A DNA stretch of 64,000 bases from an uncultured Planctomycetota bacterium (lineage in GTDB: Bacteria > Planctomycetota > Planctomycetia > Isosphaerales > Isosphaeraceae), in NCBI GenBank assembly GCA_963845755.1, contig CAWJTV010000029.1:320001-384000 (forward strand). Reading direction: 5' to 3'. A program made the position numbers and the translations under genes. A model generated the notes under the pieces. The model was not told the origin of the DNA. It saw only the letters and a program-made list of their open reading frames with translations, and searched no databases. Position 1 is the first letter of the stretch, and each line of letters opens with the position of its first letter. Positions 30,333-42,787 of this stretch are shown one piece after another.

Positions 30333-32341
30333 GTGGAGACGCTCTTCCATGCCGGGTTGAGCAACGCGGTGTCGGCGACCGTACTCGCGGTGGTGGTGGC
30401 CTGCCTGGCTCGTCCACTGGCGCGGCGGCCCGCGGTCTTGCACTGGCTCTGGTTGCTGGTGCTGCTGAAACTCGTCACGCCGCCCTTGTACGAAGTGGCG
30501 CTGCCGCGTCCCGCCTCCTGGATGGCGGATCGGGAGCCTGCCCCGGCCGTCGCGCTTTCGCTGGCCGAGGTCGAGGCTCCCGTGGAGGAGTGGGTCATCG
30601 AGTCGGATCCGGATACCGCTTTCGAGCGATCCCGAGTGGTTCTGGCCCCGGACGACACATCCGCGAAGGATGTGCCTGCGATCGATTGGCTCCGGCTGGT
30701 GATGATGATCTGGCTTGGCGGAACCTCGGTGGTGTTGCTGGTCTCATTCCGGCGCGTTCGCCGGTTCCAGCGTCTGCTCGGCGAGGCTCGACTGGTCTCG
30801 GAGGACCTCCAGGGCTGGGTGAGCGAGCTGGCGAGCCGGATCGGACTGCGGCAGGGGCCGGTCGTCGAATGGATCCGTGCCAAGCTCTCGCCGATGATCT
30901 GGTCGCTGGGCCGGCGTCCCCGACTGATCCTGCCGCGAGACCTCTGGAAGACGCTCGATGAACCCCAGCGGTTGACCCTGGTCGTCCACGAGCTGGCCCA
31001 CCTGCGGCGCGGCGATCATTTCGTCCGGTTCTTCGAGCTGTTCGTGACGGCGCTCTTCTGGTGGCATCCCGTGGTCTGGTGGGTGCGACATGCGCTTCGG
31101 GACGCGGAGGAACAATGTTGCGATGCCTGGGTGGTCTGGGCGTTCCCCGACGCCGCCCGATCCTACGCCGAGACGCTGCTGGAAACGATCGACTTTCTCA
31201 ACCATTCCCAAGGGACCGAGCCGCTGCTCGCCAGCGAGTTCGGCAAGGTTCATCATTTGCGAAGGAGATTGACCATGATCCTGAGTGGAACGACGCCCCG
31301 GTTGCTGGGCGTCCGAAGTGGGCTGGGATTGCTTGGCCTGGCCGTGATGCTGTTGCCCGTCAATGCGACGTGGGCGCAGAAGTCCGATAAGCCAGAACGA
31401 GTCGAAGTGGTGGTGAAGACCATCACTGACGCCCCAGGCGAGGGCGACGTCGCCTCGGGAAGGGTCGTCCTGGATACCGACGACTCGAGCGATGTCGTCG
31501 TGACCGGCTCGACGGAGGAGGCGGTCGCCCAACTCAAGAAACAGATCGCGGAGATCGTGCATAAATCCCCGCCTCTGAACAGGACGAGAAGCGAGTGAAA
31601 GCCCTGGAGGAAGCGATCCAGGAGATCGCCAAGCTCACCGCCCAGTTCAAGATCGAGACGCGTCTGGCCAGGCCCCAAGAGGACAAAGCCGAGAAGAAAT
31701 TCATGATCGTGCGGGACTCCGAGGATTCCCCGAGGAAGCCCTTGAGCGACGAGCAGAAAGCGGCGGCCGAGAAGCTGCGGGCCAGGGTCAAGAAACTGGC
31801 TGCCGAGCTCGAGGCAAAATCCAAGGAGCTGGCGGAAACCAAGGCCAAACTGGCCAAGATCGAGGGTACCCACCATGGTACTGCGATGGTTATCCTTCGA
31901 TCCGGACAACCCGATATCGTCAAGCATGTCGTCAACGCGGATGTCCAGTTTGTTGATCTGCATCGCGAACCGATCAAGACCATGGTGACGACGCTCCATC
32001 GCGTTCAGCAGGTTGACGGAAAGGGACGGGTGATCACCGAACGTATCGAAGAACTGGCACGGCCTCAGGGGGATAAGCCCAAGACCGCCGAGGTCTCGGG
32101 CTTCGTCAAGAGGATCGATCCCACCAAACGTCGCGTCGAGATCTCCATCGGCTCCGACGCTCTCGTCAAACCTGGCAAGCCGATCGAGATCAAAACCGAC
32201 CACCCGGTCTCGGCGAGGGTCAAGGTCCCTGTCCGCTCAGAACAACAGCGGATCGAAGAGCTGGAGAGGACACTGAAGAAACTGATTGGCGAGGTGGAGA
32301 ATCTGAAGAAAGACCGGCCAAGAACCCCGGAAGACCGGTGA
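30333..32341 (+). CDS. BlaR1/MecR1-like M56 metallopeptidase with coiled-coil C-terminal region (frameshift ~31575)
   Basis: HELAHLRRGD, LFWWHPVVWW, EEQCCD and LRRRLTMI. Lies directly after the BlaI-type gene. Confidence 0.85.
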
Positions 32342-32360
32342 TCACGTCCCTCCGAGAAAC

Positions 32361-33558
32361 CTACTCCACGCGGCAGATCAGGCACTTGAGATATTCGGTC
32401 TCCAGGCAGCTTGCCGAGACCGGGTGGTCGGGTGCCTGGCCGCGTTGTTCCAGGATCTGGATCGGCCGGCCGGACTGCTCCGCGACCTGGCCGATCAGGT
32501 TGACGAACAGCTCTCGCCCCACGGATCCCGAACACGAGCACGTGGCCAGGATGCCGTCGGGTGCCAGCACGTCGAGCGCGGCGAGGTTCAGGCGAAGATA
32601 GCCCTTCAGCGCGTGCTCGACGTCCTTGTCCTGCCGGGCATACTTGGGCGGATCGCAGATCACCACGTCGAAGCGCTGCCCGTCTTCTCGTAGGCCATCC
32701 AGGACCTTCAGGACGTCTCCCGACTCGAACCGCGCCCGATCGATTCCATTGATCGTGGCGTGTTCGCGGGCACGCTCGATGGCCGAATACGAGCTGTCGA
32801 TGCCGAGCGTTTCCGATGCACCGCCGTGATGGATCGCCCCGAGCGAGAAGGCCCCGGTGAAACAGCAGAGATCGAGCACTCGCTTGCCCTGGCAGTAGGC
32901 GGCGACGGCCCTACGGTTCTCGCGCTGATCCAGGTAGAAGCCCGTCTTCTGACCCGAGCGCAAGTTCGACGCGAAACCTCAGGCCATTCTCGACGATCTC
33001 GACCGGCCCCTCGGGGACCGCACCGACGATCGTTTCCTCACCGGCCTGCAACCCTTCGCGGGGCGCGATGCCGCGCTCCGTCCGGGCGATGATCCCTTCC
33101 GCGCCGGTCCGATCGACCAGCAGGCGGAGGAACCGCTCGCGACGATGGTAGAGGGCCAGGCTGGTGAACTGGGCGACGAGCCAGCGATCGTATCGATCGA
33201 CCGTCAGGCCGGAGAGGCCGTCGCCTTCGCTAAAGACGACCCGATACGCCGTTCCGACCGCCTCGAGACGCAAGACCTCGCTCCGAAGCCGGATGGCCGA
33301 TTCGAGCCGATGCGCCCAGAACGAGTCGTCGAGCGGTCCGTCATCCCAGCGGTAGAGTCGCACCCGGATCGCGCTACCGGGGTTGTACAGCCCGCGCGCG
33401 ATGAACTTTCCCTCCGAACTGACCACGGCGACCTCGTCGCCGACCTCGGGATTCTCCTCGACGCGCTCGATCGAGGACTCGAACACCCAGGGATGGCGGG
33501 CGAAGAACGGCCGAGCCCGGCGCGACTTGAGGACGACACGACCGGGGTTTTTGGACAC
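32361..33558 (-). CDS. rlmI: RlmI-like class I SAM-dependent rRNA methyltransferase (frameshift ~32960)
   Basis: PUA-like RHPWVF, SEGDGLSGLTVDRY, GQKTGFYLDQRENR, FDVVICDPP and TEYLK. Confidence 0.88.
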
Positions 33559-33632
33559 GGGATTTTCGATTTTGGATTGGCTCCGGAGTTTCAGGTCTCG
33601 ATGGCCATCCAAAATCGCGAATCCGGAGGCGT

Positions 33633-34099
33633 TCACGCCTCGGGGGTGGCGGCCCGGCTGGCGGCTTCGAACTCGGACAAGTAAGCGAGGGTCCGATCCA
33701 ACTGGGTCTTCAGGTGGCGGACGCGGAGCAGGCTGCGGATCCGGCAGAGCAGCTCGACCTTGTTGACCGGCTTGGTCAGAAAATCATCGGTCCCCGCCTG
33801 GACGCCGCGTTCGAAATCCGCCGCCTCGTTCAGGGCCGTGACCATCAAGATCAGCAATTCCTTGGTCTCGGGATTCGCCCGGATCTTGCGACAGACCTCG
33901 AAGCCGGAGAGCCGGGGCATCATCACGTCGAGCAGGAGCAGATCGGCGCGAACTCCTCCACGGCTTTGAGGGTTTCCTCGCCGTCGTGCGCGGTCCGGAT
34001 CACACAATCGAAGTCGCTCAGGTAGGCCTCCAGCAACTCGACGTTCTGGGGATTATCGTCCGCGATGAGGATTTTCGCGGGTGCCGAGGATTGATCCAA
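33633..34099 (-). CDS. single-domain response regulator (frameshift ~33950)
   Basis: AGGAGG then TTG start. KILIADDNPQN, DLLLLDVMMPRLSGFEVC, MVTAL and DDFLTKP. Confidence 0.88.
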
Positions 34100-34805
34100 C
34101 GTCCGACCTCCTCAAGGGAGCGAACAGGCGCCCGAGTTGTTCGGTGAGACCCGGCGTAGGATCCGAGACCCGGGAGCACCGGATTGCCGGGGACATCGGG
34201 GAAGACCTTGAGCGTCGGGTTGGTGCCGCTTTCTCACCACGTCTCACCCGAGGATCGCTGTCGAGCCCGATCCGGGGCGCGGTTATTGCATCAATCCCAT
34301 CCGCCCAGTCTTCCGCCGAGATGCTGAACTCCCTGCATGCTTGATGCCTTCACTAGCGAGCGACCGGGAATTCCGCGCCCGAAACCGCGAGGGCGCGGCT
34401 CCGTTTGGTGCGAGGACCCGAAACGCATCGGACGGAGCCTCGCCCGTTGTGGGGACTTCCGCGCCCGTGCTCGGCGGCATCGCGATATTCTACCACCGCC
34501 GCCGAAGGACGAGAACCAGGAAATCGTTGGAGTGGCTCATCCAACCCCCGACGATCGCGGCCCCGGGATGGCTCCCCACACCGCCGGTTCGGGGTCGAGC
34601 GCGTCCGCTTGGAGAGGGACCGTGACGATTCCGAGGCGAACGAGCCGTCTCCGTTCCTGTTCGGGCGAACATCGCGCGAAAACGTCGCGAAGTGCCGGTT
34701 GCCGTCTGGCGGAGTTATGATAGAATTCAAGAGTTTATGGCGGAATCCCAGGATGGGGAACGCCTCACCCCATTGACGCCTTCTTCGATGAGAGGAGGCA
34801 GCCCC

Positions 34806-35390
34806 GTGCCTTTGCGAGATATTGACCGGAATCTGATCGAACGGTGTCTGCGGAAGGAGCCGGGCGCCTGGAATGACTTTGTCGATCGCTACATGGGCCT
34901 CATCTACCACGTGATCCAGCACGCCGCCTATGCGCGGAGTCGCGTGCTCTCGTCGGAAGATGTCGAGGACATCGCCGCCGAAATCCTGCTGCGCATCGTG
35001 GATGACGATTACGCCGTCCTCAAGAAATTCAAGGGGATCAGCTCGCTCCCGACGTATCTGACGGTCATCACCCGGCGGATCTGCGTCAAGGAGATGATCA
35101 AGCGCAAGCGGGAACAAGCGCTGGGGCATACCAACGCCCACCGGGCCAACGTCGAGGACGTGAGCCCGGACGAGGTCGAGGCCATCGTGACGGCCGAGGA
35201 AGTCGAGCGGATGCTGGAAGATCTGCCCGACCGCGAGGCGGAGGTGATCCGACTCTATCATCTGAAGTATCAGAATTATCGCCAGATTGGTAAGAGGCTG
35301 GGCATCCCGGAAAACTCGGTCGGTCCGATCCTGGCCAAGGCGCGCAAGCGTTTACGCGAAGCCGCCGAGGAACAGCGAACTCCCAGTTGA
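34806..35390 (+). CDS. ECF-type sigma-70 factor
   Basis: AWNDFVDRY, EDVEDIAAE and SLPTYL, plus region 4 LPDREAEVIRLYH..YRQIGKRLGIPENSVG. AGGAGG before the GTG. Confidence 0.9.
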   Translation: MPLRDIDRNLIERCLRKEPGAWNDFVDRYMGLIYHVIQHAAYARSRVLSSEDVEDIAAEILLRIVDDDYAVLKKFKGISSLPTYLTVITRRICVKEMIKRKREQALGHTNAHRANVEDVSPDEVEAIVTAEEVERMLEDLPDREAEVIRLYHLKYQNYRQIGKRLGIPENSVGPILAKARKRLREAAEEQRTPS

Positions 35391-35537
35391 CCCGCTTGTG
35401 TGGCCCTCCGTATCCCCCTCCGACTTCGCTGTTCGCGACCGACGCAGCCTTGCTCCTGAGCTCATTGATCTTCAAGCCGAGGTCCGCACCTCGCGCGCGG
35501 GCACCGACTGGTCGCGGGACCTTGACCGGATGGTCGT

Positions 35538-36700
35538 TCAGCGCCTCGATCGTAAACCCAAAGGGGGATCCGGTATCCGCCATGGCCGCCTGGGCACCCG
35601 GCGAGATCGGCGGTGACGGCAAGGGTGCTTTCACCAGCGACTCGATCGGTGGGACCGGGGCGACGGGCGGCGGAGAGCCCTGCTGACGTTCCGCCGCTTC
35701 ACCGACGTGGGGGACGACGAGGTCGTCGTCCGCCATCGGAGCCGGCCGGCCCAATCGGACGCCATTGGCCGGCGGGGGCATCGTCTGCCGGGTGTTCGTA
35801 CGCGGCCTCGACCCACGGCCCAACTCCGCCAGGTTCCTCCGCTTGTAGCCCTCGAGCTCGGGTTCGACGAAGAGGGCCGCTCCCCGTGCGGGATCGAACT
35901 GGTTCAGGGTGACTTCCCGTAGCGTGACGTCCAGTTTGAACTGATCGCGCTTCCAGTCCAGCAGCAGTCGTTCCGGAAGATAGCACGTTTCCTTCGCCGG
36001 ATCGGGCGCCTCGGATCGGGCGGGATACTCTTTGTACTGGCTGGGCTCAGCCTGTGCGATCAAGGTCTTGGGTTCGGCCGCCGAATGAATCCGGAGCTGC
36101 TTGATCCGCCTCTCCCGATTCGAAACGATCAGGACGCGCGTGTAATTCTCCTTGCGATTCCGAGTTGCCGGGAAGACGAGGGCGGTCGTTCCCGGGTCCG
36201 GTCCGCGTTGCACCTGGATCCGCTGGGCCTCCTCCGGGGAGATCGGCTTCAGGCCCATCGCCTCGATGATCCAGTCCGGCTGGTAGGTCACGGCCAGCGC
36301 GGCTGGATTCGAGGTCCGCATACTTGCACCAGTAGATGGACGGGTCGTCCCGGTTGGAGACCCAGAACCAGAATTCGTCGTCGTTGGAACCCAGGTCCGC
36401 CTTGGAAGTGCCGAGCGAGGAGAGTTCCAGCCGGAAGTTGCGCGGTCGCTCCAGGGCCATCCGCCCATCCACGGGGACCTTATTGAGCCGGGACGCGACC
36501 TTGATCGACGGCTTCGCCTCCAGGCTCTGGATCCGCTCGGCGTTGCGATTATGCTCGGCGATGAACGTCTCGACGTCCAGGGCCCCTGGCTGGAGGAGCG
36601 GACGAGGATGCAGGGACAACGAGCCCGTGCCGGCCGCCCGACAGCCGACCGAGCCGAGCGCCAGCGCGATCGCCAGAATGAAGCGTCGCCCGACTCTCAT
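35538..36700 (-). CDS. hypothetical lipoprotein (frameshift ~36300; 3' end approximate)
   Basis: Lipobox-like ALGSVGC and ALERPRNFRL..DLGSNDDEFWFW. Continues in the 35098-36468 frame. Confidence 0.7.
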
Positions 36701-36837
36701 GAGCCCTTCTCCCCGGGAAACTTCCCATGATCGGCGCGGTTCGCGCCCGTGGTTCCATCTATCATCGAAATAATACGGCCCGGAGATGATCTGTCGAAGG
36801 GGATATCACCTTATCCGAATCCCCGAAGTTCAACAAG

Positions 36838-36997
36838 CTGTCATTGGTCATTCGCCATTAGTCATTGGTCATTGGACCTTTGCGACCGTGCGAAGTTGCA
36901 CGGAGTGCCGAGGACGCGGGAACTCGCGATGCATCGAAGACGACGGCAGAACCTCGATGCATCCCCCCATCGGGCAATGACTCATGACCAGGAACTA
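36838..36997. repeat. heptamer repeats (GTCATTG and inverse CAATGAC)
   Basis: gtcattggtcattcgccattagtcattggtcattgg, with inverse caatgactcatgacca about 100 bp downstream. Confidence 0.65.
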
Positions 36998-38185
36998 ACG
37001 AAGAAATGACTCGATGGCGTCGAAGCCCCGTTCCAGGGTCTTCAGATCGGTCGCGAAGGAGAGCCGGGCATAGCCTTCCGCGCCAAACGCCGAGCCCATC
37101 ACGAGAGCCACCTTCGCCTCACTGAGTGCAGCCATGCAGAAGCTGGTCGAATCCGTGACCGGCTTGCCGCGAAGGGTTCGGCCGAAGTGATCCGACACGT
37201 TCATGAAGGCATAGAAGGCTCCTCCCGGAGCGAGACAGCCCACGCCGGATAATCGGCTGATCCGGTCGAGCACGTAATCGCGTCGTTTCTGGAACGCCAG
37301 CTTCATCGACGCCACGGAATCCTGGGGGCCGGTGACTGCCTCGAGGGCCGCCCACTGACTGATGGAACAGGGGTTGCTCGTCTCCTGGCTCTGGAGGTCC
37401 CCCATGAACTTGGCCACCGGAACCGGTCCGACGGCCCATCCCATCCGCCAGCCGGTCATGGCGTAAGTCTTGCTGACCCCCGAGATCGTGATGGTCCGTT
37501 CGGGCAGCGCGGGCCGCAAGGTCGCGAAACAGGTGGGCCGCGCGTCGCCGTAGGTCAGTTGTTCGTAGATTTCGTCGGAGAGGACCGCGACGTCGGTCTG
37601 GAGCACGGCATCCGCCAGGGCGGTCAACTCCGCCCGATCGTACACCACGCCCGTCGGATTGGATGGGCTGTTGATCATGAGTAACTTGGTCCGCGGCGTC
37701 ACGGCGGCCAGGAACTGCTCCGGTGTTAGTTTGAAGCCCTGTTCCTCGGTCGTCGCGATCACGATCGGCGTGGCGCCCGTGAGCTTCACGAGGTCCGAGT
37801 AGCTGACCCAGTAAGGGGCCGGGATGATCACCTCGTCTCCCGGACCACACACCGCCATGAGTGCGTTGTGAATCGAGTGCTTTGCACCGTTGGAGATGAC
37901 CACCTGGGCGGCCTCGGTGGGCAGCCCGTGGTGACCGGTGTAGAGATCGGCGACCGCCTGACGCAGTTCGGGGATCCCGGCTGGTGGCGTATAGTGGGTC
38001 TGACCCGACCGCATCGCCCGGATCGCCGCCTCCTGGATGTTGGCCGGGGTCTGAAAGTCCGGCTCACCCAGCGCGAAATCGAGGACTTCGATCCCCTTGG
38101 CCTTCAGTTTCTTGGCCTCGGCCCCCATCGCGAGGGTTGCGGACGGAGCAATCAAACCGGAACGCGACGCCAGAGCTAGCGGCAT
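36995..38185 (-). CDS. class I PLP-dependent aminotransferase (aspartate aminotransferase-like)
   Basis: GEPDF, NSPSNPTG, SDEIY, SKTYAMTGWRMG and GAFY. Confidence 0.95.
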   Translation of the reverse strand: MPLALASRSGLIAPSATLAMGAEAKKLKAKGIEVLDFALGEPDFQTPANIQEAAIRAMRSGQTHYTPPAGIPELRQAVADLYTGHHGLPTEAAQVVISNGAKHSIHNALMAVCGPGDEVIIPAPYWVSYSDLVKLTGATPIVIATTEEQGFKLTPEQFLAAVTPRTKLLMINSPSNPTGVVYDRAELTALADAVLQTDVAVLSDEIYEQLTYGDARPTCFATLRPALPERTITISGVSKTYAMTGWRMGWAVGPVPVAKFMGDLQSQETSNPCSISQWAALEAVTGPQDSVASMKLAFQKRRDYVLDRISRLSGVGCLAPGGAFYAFMNVSDHFGRTLRGKPVTDSTSFCMAALSEAKVALVMGSAFGAEGYARLSFATDLKTLERGFDAIESFLR

Positions 38186-38750
38186 GACTCGCCCTTTCTC
38201 GATTCAGGTAGCAACCAAACCCGTGGCTCCTCAACCTCTGAACAATACACGAATGGGATGCGGAAATAATCCACCTGGTTCGGCGGCCTGGCCCGATTCC
38301 CGCTCATAATTTGGACAATCTTTCGCAACGTCCCTTCGCCTCATTACCCCCGGAAATCTCTTCTGGATTCGCTTCGCAGCCAAGCTTGCCATTTTGCCGC
38401 AAGCTACCCAAACTCCTTAAAGTCATTTGCTGAAGGGGCCAAAACGTGATAAAATATACTGACAGGGCAACCTCTGAGGATCACTGTACGGGAACTTTGC
38501 TGATCTGGACCCAGTTTTGCTGACTTTGAGAAGCCAAGACGCGACCCCAAGGAATCGATCGGCAAACCTCAATCGCACGTCTTGCGACGAGGCAATCTCG
38601 CAGCCAGGGGGCGAGCGCTGAGCGGGTAATGGCATCGAGAGCGAAGCGGGTTCTGCTCGGCAATTCAGGACACGGAAGGATGGGAATCAGGGTACGGAGC
38701 CGGCCCACAAAGCATCCGTGATACAGCGACGATAGAGCGTGGGGGAAGCA

Positions 38751-40030
38751 ATGTACCGCGTGGTCGTGACCGGAATTGGTATTGTCGCGCCCAACGGAAT
38801 CGGCCGTCGCGAGTTCTGCGAGGCCATCTTTGAGGGGCGCTCCGGAGTCAACTTCATCGAGAGCTTCGACACCGCCGGCCTCAGTATCAAGATCGCGGGC
38901 GAAGTCAAAGATTTCGATGTGATGCCGTATCTGGGCGAGCATAAGAAGAACCTGAAGCTGATGAGCCGGGCGGTCCGATTCGCGGTGGGCGCGGCCGGGA
39001 TGGCGGTCACCGATTCCGGCCTGGAGCCCGAAGAGCTGGACCCGGCGCGCATCGGGGTCTGCATGGGAGCCGGGATCACGCCCGTAGACGTCGGTGAGCT
39101 GGTCCCTCCGATCTTGCGGAGTGTCGGCTCGGACGGGAGCTTCGACGTAGCGCGATTCACCCAGGCCCGCTCGGAATCGATCTTCCCGCTCTGGCTGCTC
39201 CAGCATCTGCCGAACATGGCCGCCGCGCACATCTCCATCTTGCACCGCGCCATGGGCCCGAACAACACGATCGTGACCGCCTGTGCGGCCGGGACCCAGG
39301 CGGTGGGCGAGGCGTTCCGCCTGATCGCGCGTGGCGATGCCGACGTGATGCTGGCCGGCGGTTGCGACAGCCGGCTCGACCCGCAGCTCCTCGTGGCCTA
39401 TTCGGCGATGAAAGCGGTCAGCCAGTCGTTGCGGCCCCCGGCCGAGGTCTCGCGGCCGTTCGATGCCGAGCGCGACGGCTTCGTGCTGGGAGAAGGGGCC
39501 GCCGTCGTCGTACTCGAAGAATTCGAGCGCGCCGGCGGCGCGGGGCGACGATCTATGCCGAGGTGACCGGCTACGGCTCGTCGTTCGACGCCTTCGGGAT
39601 CACCCGGCCCGAGCCCGAGGGCCGCGGTGCCGCGCTGTCCATGTCGGCCGCCCTCCGCGAGGCGCGCGTCGATGCCGGCGATGTCGACTACGTCAACGCC
39701 CACGGCACGAGCACGAAGCTCAACGACCTGATGGAGACGGTCGCCATCAAACGCGTCTTCGGCCATCGGGCCGCCTCGATCCCGATCAGCTCGCAGAAGT
39801 CGATGATTGGGCACCTGATCGGTGCCTCCGGCGCCGTCGAGGCCGCGGCGACTGCACTGTCCCTCCAGCGCGGGGTCATCCCCCCCACCATCAACCTGGC
39901 GACTCCCGACCCGGAATGCGACCTCGACTACGTCCCCAACACCTCCCGCGAGATCCCCGTCCAGACCGCCATCTCCAACAGTTTCGGCTTCGGCGGCCAG
40001 AACGCCTCCCTGGTCATGTGCCGCGTTTGA
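38751..40030 (+). CDS. fabF: beta-ketoacyl-ACP synthase II family (frameshift ~39530)
   Basis: [40 protein letters not shown] and [10 protein letters not shown]. Confidence 0.9.
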
Positions 40031-40432
40031 TGACGCGGTTCTCCGGAGACTCCTCGTACGCCGTATTCCCGTTCTGAACGCATCTCGGCAATCGGTGCTC
40101 CAACGCCAATTCCCGGATCGCCTCCGGGATCGCGCCGGTGCGATCCCGCTCTCCCACGACGGTCCCGCCGGGCATGACGGCGATCCGGTCGTTCCCGCTG
40201 GAGATCTCGGGCCGCTCGGACGAGATCCTCACGATGGCCAGCCCCTCGCGGATTCCCACCTCGGCCATGGACCCGCGAGATTCCGATTCCCGGCTGCGGA
40301 TCTCCGAGGTCCGAAGCCCAGGAAGAGAACCCAAGCTGGCGGGAACTGGCCGTCAAGGGAGTGGTCGCATATCATCATGCCGGGGCGATCCGGCTCGATT
40401 TGCCCGGACGGAGGCATCACGCGAGGACGACC

Positions 40433-42275
40433 ATGCCTTACCAACCGATCGAGAACTACGGGGTCATCGGCAACCTGCGGACGGCGGCACTGGTCGGGAT
40501 GGACGGGTCCGTAGACTGGCTGTGCCTGCCGAACTTCGACTCGCCGAGCATCTTCGCCGCCATCCTCGACGACGGCAAGGGCGGCCGGTTCCGCATCGCC
40601 CCGCCGCCTGATGAGGTGCGGCACAAGCAATTCTACTGGCCCGACACGAACGTCCTGATCACCCGGTTCCTCCATCCTGACGGGATCGGCGAGATCGAGG
40701 ACTACATGCCGGTCGGCGGGGCGGGCGGGGCCGCCGCCGACCAGCTCGTCCGTCGGGTGCGGGTCGTCCGGGGGCGGATGCCGTTCCGCCTGGAGTGCCG
40801 GCCCGCCTTCGACTATGCCCGCGGTCGCCATGAGACGCACCTGAGCGAGCACGGCGCCCGCTTCGACGGCCCGGGCCTGAGCCTCGGCCTCGCCTCCTCG
40901 CGGCCGCTCGCCCGCGACGGGGCGGGTGTCACCTCCGACTTCACACTTGGCGAGGGCGAGAGCGCCGCGTTCGTCCTCCGACTCCTCGACCCGGACCACT
41001 CCCCCGGCCACTGCCCGGGGACCGGCGAGGCGGAGGATCGCTTTCGGGAGACGGTTGCCTTCTGGCGGCGCTGGCTCGCCCGATGCACGTACCGGGGGCG
41101 ATGGCGGGAGGCCGTTCAGCGCTCGGCCCTGGCACTCAAGCTGCTGACCTTCGAGCCGACCGGGGCCATCGTCGCCGCGCCGACGACCAGCCTGCCCGAA
41201 GGCATCGGCGGCCGACGGAACTGGGACTATCGCTACACCTGGATCCGAGACGCCGCTTTCACCCTCTACGCGTTCTTGCGGATCGGCTTCACCGAGGAGG
41301 CGACGCGGTTCATGGACTGGCTGGAGGCCCGATGGCGGGAGGGCGAGTCGTCGTGCGCCGGGCCGCTCCAGCTCATGTACGGCATCGACGGGCGGTCGGA
41401 ACTCGTCGAAGAGGAGCTCTCGCACCTGGAGGGCTACCGGGGGTCCCGGCCGGTCCGGATCGGCAACGGCGCCCACTCGCAGCTCCAGCTCGACATCTAC
41501 GGCGAGCTCATGGACTCGGTCTATCTCCACAACAAGTACGCCGCCCCAGTCGGGTACGACGCGTGGTGCCACCTCCGGAAGCTCGTCGACTGGGTGTGCG
41601 ACAACTGGGGGCGGGAAGACGAGGGGGTGTGGGAGGTCCGCGGCGGTCGTCGGCACTTCGTCTACTCGAAGTTCATGTCGTGGGTCGCGATCGACCGCGG
41701 GCTGCGGCTCGCCGACAAGCGGTCCTTCCCGGCCAACCGCGCGAAGTGGCTCGCGACCCGCGACGCGATCTACGAAGACGTGATGGAGAAGGGATGGGAC
41801 GCGAAGCGGCCGCGCGTTCGTCCAGGCCTACGGGTCGGATGCGCTCGACGCCTCGTCCCTCCTGATGCCGCTCGTCTTTTTCACGGCCCCGAACGACCCG
41901 CGAACGCTCGCCACCGTGGACGCCATCCGGAAGCCCTTCGCACACGGGGGCCTCGCCGCCGACGGCCTGGTCTATCGCTACGACTGGCGGACGACTGCGG
42001 ACGGATTCGACTCGGATGAGGGAACGTTCAATATGTGCAGCTTCTGGCTGGTCGAGGCGCTCGACGCGCGCGGGGCGCACCGACGCCGGGCGACTCGACG
42101 ACTGCGCGGCTGCGGTTCGAGCAGGTGCTCGGCTACGCGAACCACCTGGGGCTCTACGCCGAACAGACGGGCGCGAGCGGGGAGGCGCTGGGGAATTTCC
42201 CGCAGGCCTTCACGCACCTCGCGCTCGATCAGCGCCGCCTTCAACCTCGACCGCGTGTTGGGCGGGGCGGACTGA
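40433..42275 (+). CDS. glycoside hydrolase family 15 (glucoamylase/trehalase-like), several 3' frameshifts
   Basis: [54 protein letters not shown] and [10 protein letters not shown]. Confidence 0.92.
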
Positions 42276-42375
42276 CCTGATGGCCGACATCGCCGCACTC
42301 ATCGGCCTGGAGGGCGGTGGCGTCGGGACGAGAACCGATCACATCCTAACGCGGCCTTAGGCCACAACCGAATTC

Positions 42376-42497
42376 AGAGTCTGTCCCAGAAGGGGCCGGT
42401 CCGGGCGAGCGGGGGGCGTCAGGCCCCGTGTCTTGGAGGTCCGTCGCTCACCGGACAGGGGGCTGACGCCCCCGCTCGCCCTTCTGGGACAGACTCT
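42376..42497. repeat. long palindromic REP/MITE-like element
   Basis: agagtctgtcccagaaggg/cccttctgggacagactct and gggcgagcggggggcgtcag/ctgacgcccccgctcgccc. Confidence 0.85.
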
Positions 42498-42787
42498 AGA
42501 CGCAGGCAGGCCTCGTGCACCGTTCTCGGACGAAGGCATGGGGGTTCTGGCCTTGCAACACGGCGTCCAGCCCGAGGCGCGGGCATCGTTAGGAAAGCGC
42601 TTCCGCGGAGCCGGAGATCTGCCTGGAGCGCCCTGACGAAGGTCGGCGTGAGGGGCCGTCTGTGGAGAAGTCACGGAATGCCCCCGTGCCGGACGAGGCG
42701 GGATCAAGGGTGTGGCGTGCGAGGTCGTTCCGAGCGACAATCGTCCTTCCGCGATTCTTTCTGAAAACTCAGCACCGAAAGCAGACA

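Noticed and set aside
38558..38640. Possible c-di-GMP-I riboswitch (GGCAAACC) upstream of fabF
   Set aside because: It lacks the GNRA loop and the downstream GACGCAAAG-type conserved segment.
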